Positions 55,792 through 64,000 of a DNA stretch of 64,000 nt are shown here, piece after piece. The stretch is taken from assembly GCA_945831585.1 (NCBI GenBank), contig CAMACY010000004.1, positions 2,830-66,829 on the forward strand, in the 5' to 3' direction. Origin of the DNA: an uncultured bacterium (GTDB taxonomy: Bacteria; Verrucomicrobiota; Verrucomicrobiia; Verrucomicrobiales; Akkermansiaceae). Below the pieces are notes generated by a model that ran no database searches, was not told where the DNA came from, and worked only from the letters and a program-made list of their open reading frames with translations. The position numbers were made by a program, and so were the translations under genes. Positions within the stretch are counted from its first letter, which is position 1. Each line of letters starts with the position of its first letter.

Positions 55792-57060
55792 TCAAGCCTG
55801 CTGCACCTCGTAGCACACCCAGCGCGGCGCGACTGAGGCGCAATCACGCAACCATGTATCCAGCATCTCGCCGCTCTGCGTCACCAAGCGCTGCTGCGCC
55901 TCCTGCTGCAACCGCGCCAAGCGGCGCTGCGGCACCGCATCCTCCGGGCATCCCAAACACCCCGAAAGGTACACATTCCACAAAGCCTCCCCCGCGCGAC
56001 GGCGAAGCTCCGGCGGCAAGCTTGCGCTGCGCTCCAAATAGCCGAGCAGCGCACGACGCTGCGGCGCAGGCGCCCCCAACGCCGCAATCTCCACGCGCAG
56101 AGCATCTGCCGCAGCCTCTCCTTCCTCACGCGTATCCACGCGATGCTGCCACGCCGCGTATTCCTGAGCCGACCACGTTTTTTTCTCCGCAAGCGAAGCA
56201 TCTACGATACCCGCCTCGGCAGCCCGCTGCAACTCCTGCGGAGCCGGCTCACCCCCCTCGGCCAAACGCTGCGCCCACTCCTGCCCCAAGGCGCGCTGCA
56301 ACCCACGGCGAGCCTGCGACACCGCTAACTCCACCTGCTCGAGCTGCGCGCTCCCGGCGGGGCGATCAGCATCCTCGCGCCGCCAGTCTCGCAGCGCCTC
56401 GGCGGGCGACTCCTGCAACGCCCGCGTCCAGCGCGCCGCGCAGCAGCGGCTCACCACCTCGCAGCGGCGCTCCTCCATCTGCTCCTCGGGCACAAACACC
56501 CCACGCCCCAACTCCAGCTGCTGCAAAGCCATTTGCGGCTCCCCGCGAGACACCTCGCTCTCCAACACCTCCTGCCAGCGATGCCGCGAATGGGCGATAC
56601 TCTCTCGTTCATACCGACTCTTCGCCAAAAGAGAGGCTCTCTGCACCATCGCCCCCGCTGATTCCCGCCACTCCGGCGGCAAAGCCGCCGCCGTCTCCGC
56701 CACCACGGGAGCCCCCGCCCGCCGCCACACAGACGACCAATCCCCGGGCTCATCTGCGCCCAACACATTACCCTCAGCTTCCATCTCTTCCGTCAAGCGA
56801 GCCTGCATCTGCGCAACCATGCCCACCGTATTCACCTTCCGCTTCGCCTCATCCAGAACCTCATCGGCGCTCTCCCTCGCCGTCGACTCCTGATGCCTCG
56901 TCACAGCCGTCGCCAGCTCGGCGCCCCCGCTCACCGCCTCCACCCAACCCTGCCCCCATTGAGCCGCTGCACGACCCATCCCCTCAATCCCGGATGTCGG
57001 CACCCGGAGCCCCGCCCCCGGATACGCCACCAACGCCCACTCTTTCATGCGAATCGCCAT
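55792..57060 (-). CDS. 422-aa helical hypothetical protein, possible phage ejection/internal virion protein
   Basis: Start MAIRMKEW; Ala/Glu/Arg/Gln-rich coiled-coil-like sequence; 12 bp upstream of the 1812-aa gene. Confidence 0.55.
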   Translation of the reverse strand: MAIRMKEWALVAYPGAGLRVPTSGIEGMGRAAAQWGQGWVEAVSGGAELATAVTRHQESTARESADEVLDEAKRKVNTVGMVAQMQARLTEEMEAEGNVLGADEPGDWSSVWRRAGAPVVAETAAALPPEWRESAGAMVQRASLLAKSRYERESIAHSRHRWQEVLESEVSRGEPQMALQQLELGRGVFVPEEQMEERRCEVVSRCCAARWTRALQESPAEALRDWRREDADRPAGSAQLEQVELAVSQARRGLQRALGQEWAQRLAEGGEPAPQELQRAAEAGIVDASLAEKKTWSAQEYAAWQHRVDTREEGEAAADALRVEIAALGAPAPQRRALLGYLERSASLPPELRRRAGEALWNVYLSGCLGCPEDAVPQRRLARLQQEAQQRLVTQSGEMLDTWLRDCASVAPRWVCYEVQQA

Positions 57061-57151
57061 AGCACCAGCATCGCAAAGCGCCACCCAACGCACAAGGAAG
57101 CGCCACCCCGCCGCAGACGGTGCCCGCCCCCGGAACACACCCCCTCAACGC

Positions 57152-57183
57152 AAAAAAACTCTTCCCCCGGTCAGGGGAAGAGT
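57152..57183 (-). terminator. Rho-independent terminator of galM, insulating the phage-like operon
   Basis: actcttcccc-tgacc-gggggaagagt-ttttttt on the minus strand. Confidence 0.8.
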
Positions 57184-57213
57184 CTTGTTGACACGCCCTC
57201 CGGCGCGTGCCCC

Positions 57214-58134
57214 TCAATCGAGCTCCCACACAATCGTGCGCGAGCTCAGCACCCCCGGTCGCAGCACAATCGAGGGGAAATGCGCGTGGTGGGGCGCATC
57301 CGGGTAGCACTGCGCCTCCAGCGCCACCCCGCCCCGCGGAAGGGGCAGATAATCCCCCGTATACACCTGCATACCGGGAGCATCCGTGCTCACGCGCAGC
57401 GTGCGCCGCCCATTGGTCAGCAGCGCCGCCCGCCGCACCCCGAGCGCAGGACTCAGCACATAATTATCATCGAAACCGCCGGGCAAGGCCGCCGCCATAC
57501 GCTCCCCCAGCAGCACCGGACGGCGCAAATCATAGGGCGTTCCCTGCACCGCCGCCACCTCGCCCGTGGGGATATTGGCCACCATCGGCGTCATCTCTTC
57601 GGCATCCACCTGCAAGCAATGCTGCTCCACCGTGCCCCGCCCATCGAGATTCCAATACGCATGATGGGTCAGATTCACCAGCGTGGGTGCATCCGACTCA
57701 GCCACAAGCTCCAAGCGCAGCGCGCGCCCCTCCAGCGTATACGTTGCGCGCACGCGCACCGCGCCGGGGTAGCCCTCCTCCCCCGCCGGAGACAGCAGAG
57801 AGAGCACCACCCGCGACGGCTCCGCCAGCTCCGTCCGCCACAGGCGATCACTGAACCCCACCGCACCGCCGTGCAAGTGATTCGGCCCATTGTTGCAGGC
57901 CAGCTGATAGCGCACCCCGTCCAACTCGAAGCACCCGCCGGCAATGCGGTTAGCCACCCGCCCGCACACACTGCCGCAGTAGCAGGTATCCGCCCGCAGC
58001 TCCTCCTCCGTCTTGGGACCATACAGACAATCGACCCCCTGATAGCACACGGAAAGCAAGCGTGCGCCCCAATTCGTCAATCGCACGGAAAGCTCCGGCG
58101 ACTCCAGCGTCAGAAACATCAGTTCATCCGTCAT
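57214..58134 (-). CDS. galM: Aldose 1-epimerase (mutarotase)
   Basis: GRVANRI, NHLHGG, NLTHHAYWNL, FDDNY, QVYTG, ALEAQCYPDAPHH. Confidence 0.93.
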   Translation of the reverse strand: MTDELMFLTLESPELSVRLTNWGARLLSVCYQGVDCLYGPKTEEELRADTCYCGSVCGRVANRIAGGCFELDGVRYQLACNNGPNHLHGGAVGFSDRLWRTELAEPSRVVLSLLSPAGEEGYPGAVRVRATYTLEGRALRLELVAESDAPTLVNLTHHAYWNLDGRGTVEQHCLQVDAEEMTPMVANIPTGEVAAVQGTPYDLRRPVLLGERMAAALPGGFDDNYVLSPALGVRRAALLTNGRRTLRVSTDAPGMQVYTGDYLPLPRGGVALEAQCYPDAPHHAHFPSIVLRPGVLSSRTIVWELD

Positions 58135-58149
58135 AAGAAAACTCAGCCA

Positions 58150-58578
58150 TCAGCGGCGGCACTCCCAACGCGTCACCCGCCCCTCCTCAAAGGTCACGGA
58201 AGCGCGCTCCTCCGGCACATAGGCCGTCCTGCCCCAAGCATCGCAACACCCATAACAGCCCCACGCATGGTAGCCGCCGCCCGACATCATCACCGGGCGC
58301 AAGCTCGTGTACACCCAGCGCTCATAGCGACGACCGCCCTCCTGACCGAGCACGGGAGCCGCGCTCGGAGAGCCCCAGGCCAGCAGCACCGCCTCGCGGC
58401 TCATTCCCTCGCACAGCAACCCCTGCCGCACCAAGACCTGCTGCTGCGCCGGCAGCGACTGAAACAACACGGGATTCTGCGCAATGCGCTCAGCCGGACC
58501 CACACTACCGCAGGAAACAAGCGACAGTCCCACCGCCAGGCAAGCCCATACACGCGACAACATCCCCATAACACGCAT
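58150..58578 (-). CDS. Small lipoprotein (SmpA/OmlA-like segment)
   Basis: Lipobox LVS-C, 'GMSREAVLLAWGSP', 'VTFEEGRV'. Confidence 0.6.
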   Translation of the reverse strand: MRVMGMLSRVWACLAVGLSLVSCGSVGPAERIAQNPVLFQSLPAQQQVLVRQGLLCEGMSREAVLLAWGSPSAAPVLGQEGGRRYERWVYTSLRPVMMSGGGYHAWGCYGCCDAWGRTAYVPEERASVTFEEGRVTRWECRR

Positions 58579-58642
58579 GACAATAGCACCTCATTTCCGG
58601 CTTGCCAAGAAAAAAAAACGGTGCTAGAGTACAGGCGTTTCC

Positions 58643-59407
58643 ATGAAATCGCACGCCTTTTTTTGCACACTGCTGGCTGCCCCCCTCGCGGTCTGTTCCG
58701 CGGCACAGGGGGCAGAGTCTGCCGATCTTGTGACCTCTGTTCTGCCGACTGACGGCACCCTGAAGCAAGGAGCCGTGGTTCGCGTGGTTCCCTCCGAAGA
58801 ATTTGCGACCCTGCAAAAGGATGTACTGGAGCGCTTCGCCAAGCTCCCCAAGGAAAAACAGCAAGCCATCTCCGATCGTGCCGTCGAGATGACACTAGCG
58901 GAATACACCCCCGAACTCTGGCCCAACAAGGCCGACTATGACGCCTATGCCGCTGCGTGGAAGAAAGCCACCCTCATCAAAGCCGCCGACGTCGCCATCG
59001 GCCTGCGCAAAAACAGCGACGGCACCTACCACGTCATCTCCGCCACACGCATCTCCAACTCCGACACCATGCCCATCACCATGGGCTCGCTGAGCTACGA
59101 CGCCACCAAGCACGTGTGGCTCTCCAACAACGGCGAAATGACAGGCAAGGAATTCCAAACCGACGAAAACCACCTGCTCGGCGCCCAAACCGGCATGGAA
59201 TGGAGCCTGACCAAGGAAGACAGCCTCTCCATCCTCAAGGAGCAGGTGCGCGTCACCAAAGCCACCGACGGCAAAGGCGCCTACATCTACTACAACCTCT
59301 CGGAAATCTCCGCCTACAGCAAGTCCCCCATCGCCAACCACGGCTATGTCATCTTCCTGCCCCACACTGCAGCTGCCGCCAACACCGGCCGCCCGGGGCA
59401 AAAGTAA
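58643..59407 (+). CDS. Hypothetical secreted protein
   Basis: Signal peptide MKSHAFFCTLLAAPLAVCSAAQG; host-like codon usage; terminator at 59428-59462. Confidence 0.7.
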   Translation: MKSHAFFCTLLAAPLAVCSAAQGAESADLVTSVLPTDGTLKQGAVVRVVPSEEFATLQKDVLERFAKLPKEKQQAISDRAVEMTLAEYTPELWPNKADYDAYAAAWKKATLIKAADVAIGLRKNSDGTYHVISATRISNSDTMPITMGSLSYDATKHVWLSNNGEMTGKEFQTDENHLLGAQTGMEWSLTKEDSLSILKEQVRVTKATDGKGAYIYYNLSEISAYSKSPIANHGYVIFLPHTAAAANTGRPGQK

Positions 59408-59491
59408 CGCGCAGCCCCTTCTCCCGAGCGGGAGCCCGCAGCACGGCGGTCTCCCGCTTTTTATGCCGCAAACCCACCCCTGCCGCCACCC

Positions 59492-60058
59492 ATGAGAATC
59501 ATCGCCGGAGCCGCCAAAGGCATGCCGCTGCGCGTCCCCGACAGCGGCGTGCGCCCCACGCAAGACCGCGTCCGCGAAGCCCTCTTCAGCATCCTCGGCG
59601 AGCTCATTCAGGGCGCCCGCGTGCTCGACCTCTTCTGCGGCAGCGGCTCCGTCGGCATCGAAGCCCTCAGCCGGGGAGCCGCCACCGCGCGCATGGTAGA
59701 CGAATCGCGTGCCTCCTGCGCCACCGCGCGGCACAACCTCGAGCGCTCGCGGCTGCGCGGCGGCAGCATCACGCAAAGCGACTGCCTCGCCTTCGTCCGC
59801 CGCGATCGCGGGTGCTACGACCTCATCTTTGCCGACCCGCCCTACTGCAAAGCCCTCGGCGACCGCGACCTGATTGCCGAGCTGCTCAACGATCGCACCG
59901 CCGAACTGCTCGCCCCCGGCGGCTACTTCATCGCCGAAGCCCAGCTCGGCTACGGCATCGGCACCGCAGCGGGCTGCAACTTCGCAGGCTGGGAGCTCGT
60001 CGAGCAGCGCAGCTACGGCAAAAACACCATCCTCTTCTACCGGGTAGCCAGCTCATGA
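59492..60058 (+). CDS. rsmD: 16S rRNA m2G966 methyltransferase
   Basis: MRIIAG, RPTQDRVREALF, LDLFCGSGSVGIEALSRGA, IFADPPY. Confidence 0.93.
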   Translation: MRIIAGAAKGMPLRVPDSGVRPTQDRVREALFSILGELIQGARVLDLFCGSGSVGIEALSRGAATARMVDESRASCATARHNLERSRLRGGSITQSDCLAFVRRDRGCYDLIFADPPYCKALGDRDLIAELLNDRTAELLAPGGYFIAEAQLGYGIGTAAGCNFAGWELVEQRSYGKNTILFYRVASS

Positions 60059-61338
60059 AACGCCTCCTCTTCCTCTGCCTCTACAACCTCTTCTTCCCGA
60101 TTTTCCTGCTCATCTCGCTGCCGGGCTACCTCATCAAAATGAAGAGGCGCGGCGGCTTCGGCACCGGCCTGCTCGAACGCTTCGGCATCTACCGCCGCCC
60201 CGCCGCCCAAGAACCCAGCGGCGGGCTCTACATCCACGCCGTCAGCGTGGGCGAAAGCTTCATCGCCCTCAAATTCATCCGCGAATGGCGCAAAACCCAC
60301 AGCGAGCCCGTCGTGCTCGCCGTCGGCACCGCCACCGGACACCAAGTCGTGCGCCAAGCCGCCATTCCCGGCGTACGCCCCCTCTACGCCCCCCTCGACC
60401 TGCCGGGACTGCCCGGGCGCTGCCTCGACCGCTTCCGCCCGCGCGCCGTTGTGCTCATCGAGGCCGAACTCTGGCCCAACTTTGCCGAAGCCGCCCACCG
60501 CCGCCGGCTGCCCTTGCTCATGCTCAACGCCCGGCTCTCCCCCCGCAGCGAAAAGCGCTACGCCGCCGTGCGGGGGCTCACCGCCCTGCTCTTCTCGCGC
60601 CTCACCGCCCTGGCCGCCCAAAACGAGCGCGACGCGCGGCGCTTTGCCGGCATCGGCGTTACCCCCGACATCATCCGCAGCGTCGGCAGCATCAAGTTCG
60701 ACGTGCTGGGCGACACCCCCCAAGAACCCCGTAGTGAATTCCGCGACATTCTTCAGCGCCTGAGCCAAGGGCGCCCCGTCGTGCTCGCTGCCTCCACCCA
60801 CGCGGGGGAGGAAGCCCTCATTGCCCGTGCCATCCGCGAAGTCGGTGCCTGCCCCCTCATCATCCCACGCCACGCCGAACGGCGCGAAGCCGTCTGCACC
60901 GACCTGCGCGCCGCCGGATTCACCCCCCTGCTGCGCAGCGCCGGCTCCCTGCCCGAGGAACTGCCCGAGCAAGCCTGCTACGTGGCCGACACCACGGGCG
61001 AGCTGCGCGACTGGACCGCGCTGGTACAAGTCGCCATCATCGGCAAGAGCTTTCTGGCACGCGGCGGGCAAAACCCCGTAGAAGCCATCTCCGCACGCGT
61101 CCCCGTCATCGTCGGCCCCGACATGAGCAACTTTGCCGACCTGGTAGCGCTGCTTCGCGAGGCCGGAGGCATCCGCATCTGCACCGCCGAAGAGCTCACC
61201 GACACCCTGCGCCAAGTGCTGAGCGACCCTGCCGCCACCGCCGCGCAAACCGAAGCCGCCTACCGAGCCCTCAGCGTACACAGCGGCGCCACGGCACGCA
61301 GCGTCGCGCTGGTCAGCGAGTATTACTGCCGGAGCTGA
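60055..61338 (+). CDS. waaA: 3-deoxy-D-manno-octulosonic acid transferase
   Basis: IHAVSVGE, YAPLD, LIEAELWPN, GSIKFD, AASTH, PRHAER, GGQNPVEA, GPDMSNF; start overlaps the rsmD stop. Confidence 0.93.
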   Translation: MKRLLFLCLYNLFFPIFLLISLPGYLIKMKRRGGFGTGLLERFGIYRRPAAQEPSGGLYIHAVSVGESFIALKFIREWRKTHSEPVVLAVGTATGHQVVRQAAIPGVRPLYAPLDLPGLPGRCLDRFRPRAVVLIEAELWPNFAEAAHRRRLPLLMLNARLSPRSEKRYAAVRGLTALLFSRLTALAAQNERDARRFAGIGVTPDIIRSVGSIKFDVLGDTPQEPRSEFRDILQRLSQGRPVVLAASTHAGEEALIARAIREVGACPLIIPRHAERREAVCTDLRAAGFTPLLRSAGSLPEELPEQACYVADTTGELRDWTALVQVAIIGKSFLARGGQNPVEAISARVPVIVGPDMSNFADLVALLREAGGIRICTAEELTDTLRQVLSDPAATAAQTEAAYRALSVHSGATARSVALVSEYYCRS

Positions 61339-61345
61339 CTCCCAC

Positions 61346-61720
61346 TCATTCCCTCACCCGCACCTGCAACACGCACTGATCTGCGGGTGGCACGTCCGTC
61401 TCCCAACAGCGGCGATACTGCAAGCGCAGCAGCTCCGTCCCCGGCTGCAACCCGCGCAGACGCACCCGCATCACCCCCGGCGCCCCGCACAGCGGCTCCT
61501 CCCCCTCCGGCGGCAGAGGCGGCACCTCAAAAGAAAGCTCCACCGCCACCACCGCCGAGCGCTGCGGCTTCACCAACTCCCACCGAAACCCCGTGCTCGG
61601 ATTGCTCGGCAACGCCAACACCCGCTCCTCCCCCACCGCCACATCCACCACCCCCGACGGCTCTGCAGGCGCGCACAGCGCCGGCAGGGCTCCGAACAAC
61701 ATCAGCATCCGAAACAGCAT
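61346..61720 (-). CDS. Chagasin-family (I42) cysteine protease inhibitor, secreted
   Basis: LPSNPSTGFRW, GAPG, YRRCWE motifs; signal peptide. Confidence 0.8.
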   Translation of the reverse strand: MLFRMLMLFGALPALCAPAEPSGVVDVAVGEERVLALPSNPSTGFRWELVKPQRSAVVAVELSFEVPPLPPEGEEPLCGAPGVMRVRLRGLQPGTELLRLQYRRCWETDVPPADQCVLQVRVRE

Positions 61721-61768
61721 ACCCCACTACCCTAGCGCAAACACGTCCTCCATGCAAGCGCGATATGC

Positions 61769-62707
61769 TCAGGGCTCCAAACGCTCCGTCAGCGCATCCC
61801 AACGCCGCTTGGCCTCCAGAATCTCCTCGCGACTCACCGACGGCGACAACTCCCAGGTCAGGGGCATTCCCCGGCGGAAAAAGCGCGGCAGCAGACGCTC
61901 AAAATCCACATCGCCACCGCCGAAGGGCGCGCGGTGATCCCGCTGCGGCCACTGCACATCATTCACATGAGCCCCGAACAAATAGGGCTGCATGCGCTCC
62001 AAAAATTGCTCATGATCAAGCAGCAGCAGATTATGCTTGCGCTGAATATGCCCGAAATCGTGCCAGTAGGCCACCGCAGGGTCATCGCGAAACGCCTCCA
62101 TCAGCGCGGGGAACTCCACATCGCCCGGCACCTGCTCAAAATGGCTGCGCCCCTCCACCGCCAACACCAGCCCCATCGGTCGCGCCAGCTCCGCCAGCTC
62201 CGCCAGAGCCTCCCGCGCCCGCGCCTCATACAGCGGCGCCTTCCTCTGCCGCTCCCGCACCAGCCTACCCTTCAGCGCCGCATACTCCCGCGTTCCCCGA
62301 TACCCATGGCGCACCAGGCGTTGCAAGCGACGCGTCGCCTGCGAGCGCGCCATCAGCTCCACCATCCCCATGTGCAGCACCACATAACGCGCCCCCAACG
62401 TCGACGCCACCTGCAAGGTCTCGCGCGTCAGGCGCATGGCTCGCTCCCGCTCCTCCGCGCGATACGACGTAAAGCGATACACATCCGGCGCATCGCCCGT
62501 CACCTCCATCGGAGCCGGGCAAAAATTGTGCACCCCCGCCACGCGAATGCGCCCCTCCTCCACCGACTGCACGATCCCCGGCAGTAGAGACAAAGGCAAG
62601 CCGTGCGAAGCCTCAATGGTGTCAAAACCCAGCTCACGAATCGCATCGCACAAGCGATTTCCATCCGCAAACTGCTTGCTGTTCCAGCAGGTAGAAAACA
62701 CATTCAT
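61769..62707 (-). CDS. Sugar phosphate isomerase/epimerase (xylose-isomerase-like TIM barrel)
   Basis: GFDTIEASH, GVHNFCP, VVLHMG, LAVEGR, WHDFGH, GAHVND, TWE. Confidence 0.75.
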   Translation of the reverse strand: MNVFSTCWNSKQFADGNRLCDAIRELGFDTIEASHGLPLSLLPGIVQSVEEGRIRVAGVHNFCPAPMEVTGDAPDVYRFTSYRAEERERAMRLTRETLQVASTLGARYVVLHMGMVELMARSQATRRLQRLVRHGYRGTREYAALKGRLVRERQRKAPLYEARAREALAELAELARPMGLVLAVEGRSHFEQVPGDVEFPALMEAFRDDPAVAYWHDFGHIQRKHNLLLLDHEQFLERMQPYLFGAHVNDVQWPQRDHRAPFGGGDVDFERLLPRFFRRGMPLTWELSPSVSREEILEAKRRWDALTERLEP

Positions 62708-62845
62708 TCGCCCATCCTAACACCCCCACCACACTCTGTAAACCCCTTTCCGAAGTGCATCCGCAGAATGTTCATGGTCGCTCGCGCATGAAGCCTTGGC
62801 TGCGGCCAAGCACCCGCAGCCGTGCTCGTGAGTGCGCGCAAATGC

Positions 62846-64000
<1,155 letters not shown>

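Noticed and set aside
48741-57060. Complete or inducible prophage
   Set aside because: No integrase, att repeats, capsid, portal, tail or lysis genes are recognisable, and the flanks are metabolic genes. Reported instead as an orphan module.
57100-57140. Half LexA-like site (TGTTC, minus strand) upstream of the phage-like operon
   Set aside because: Only one half-site and no dyad partner; no convincing promoter could be assigned to this operon.

Overview
High-GC bacterial chromosomal window, most likely from an Akkermansia-like member of Verrucomicrobiota. This is inferred from PEP-CTERM proteins ending PEPATATLSLLALAGLAARRRRH, a giant MKLHLP-type autotransporter and an H-X9-DG-type pilin. 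Most of the window is housekeeping: two MsbA-like exporters, murA, tilS, ilvC, yceD-rpmF-plsX, purC/purS-like/purL/purQ, ndk, two amidases, thi4/thiE/thiC, mreB, an RNase E/G gene, fabD, tRNA-Ser(CGA), galM, rsmD and waaA. Two accessory features stand out. (1) At 6.1-9.3 kb, three PEP-CTERM surface-protein genes are controlled by two apparent invertible DNA segments of about 200 bp. In each, the -35 box lies inside the flippable segment and the spacer/-10 side lies in or beyond the inverted repeat. One would act as an either/or switch between two divergent genes and the other as an ON/OFF switch. No invertase is in the window. (2) At 48.7-57.1 kb there is an isolated three-gene phage-like operon: an intact large terminase and two putative virion ejection-type proteins of 422 and 1812 aa, with no capsid, portal, integrase or att site. 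No CRISPR array, IS or rRNA was seen. All calls come from motifs read by eye; no database searches were run.
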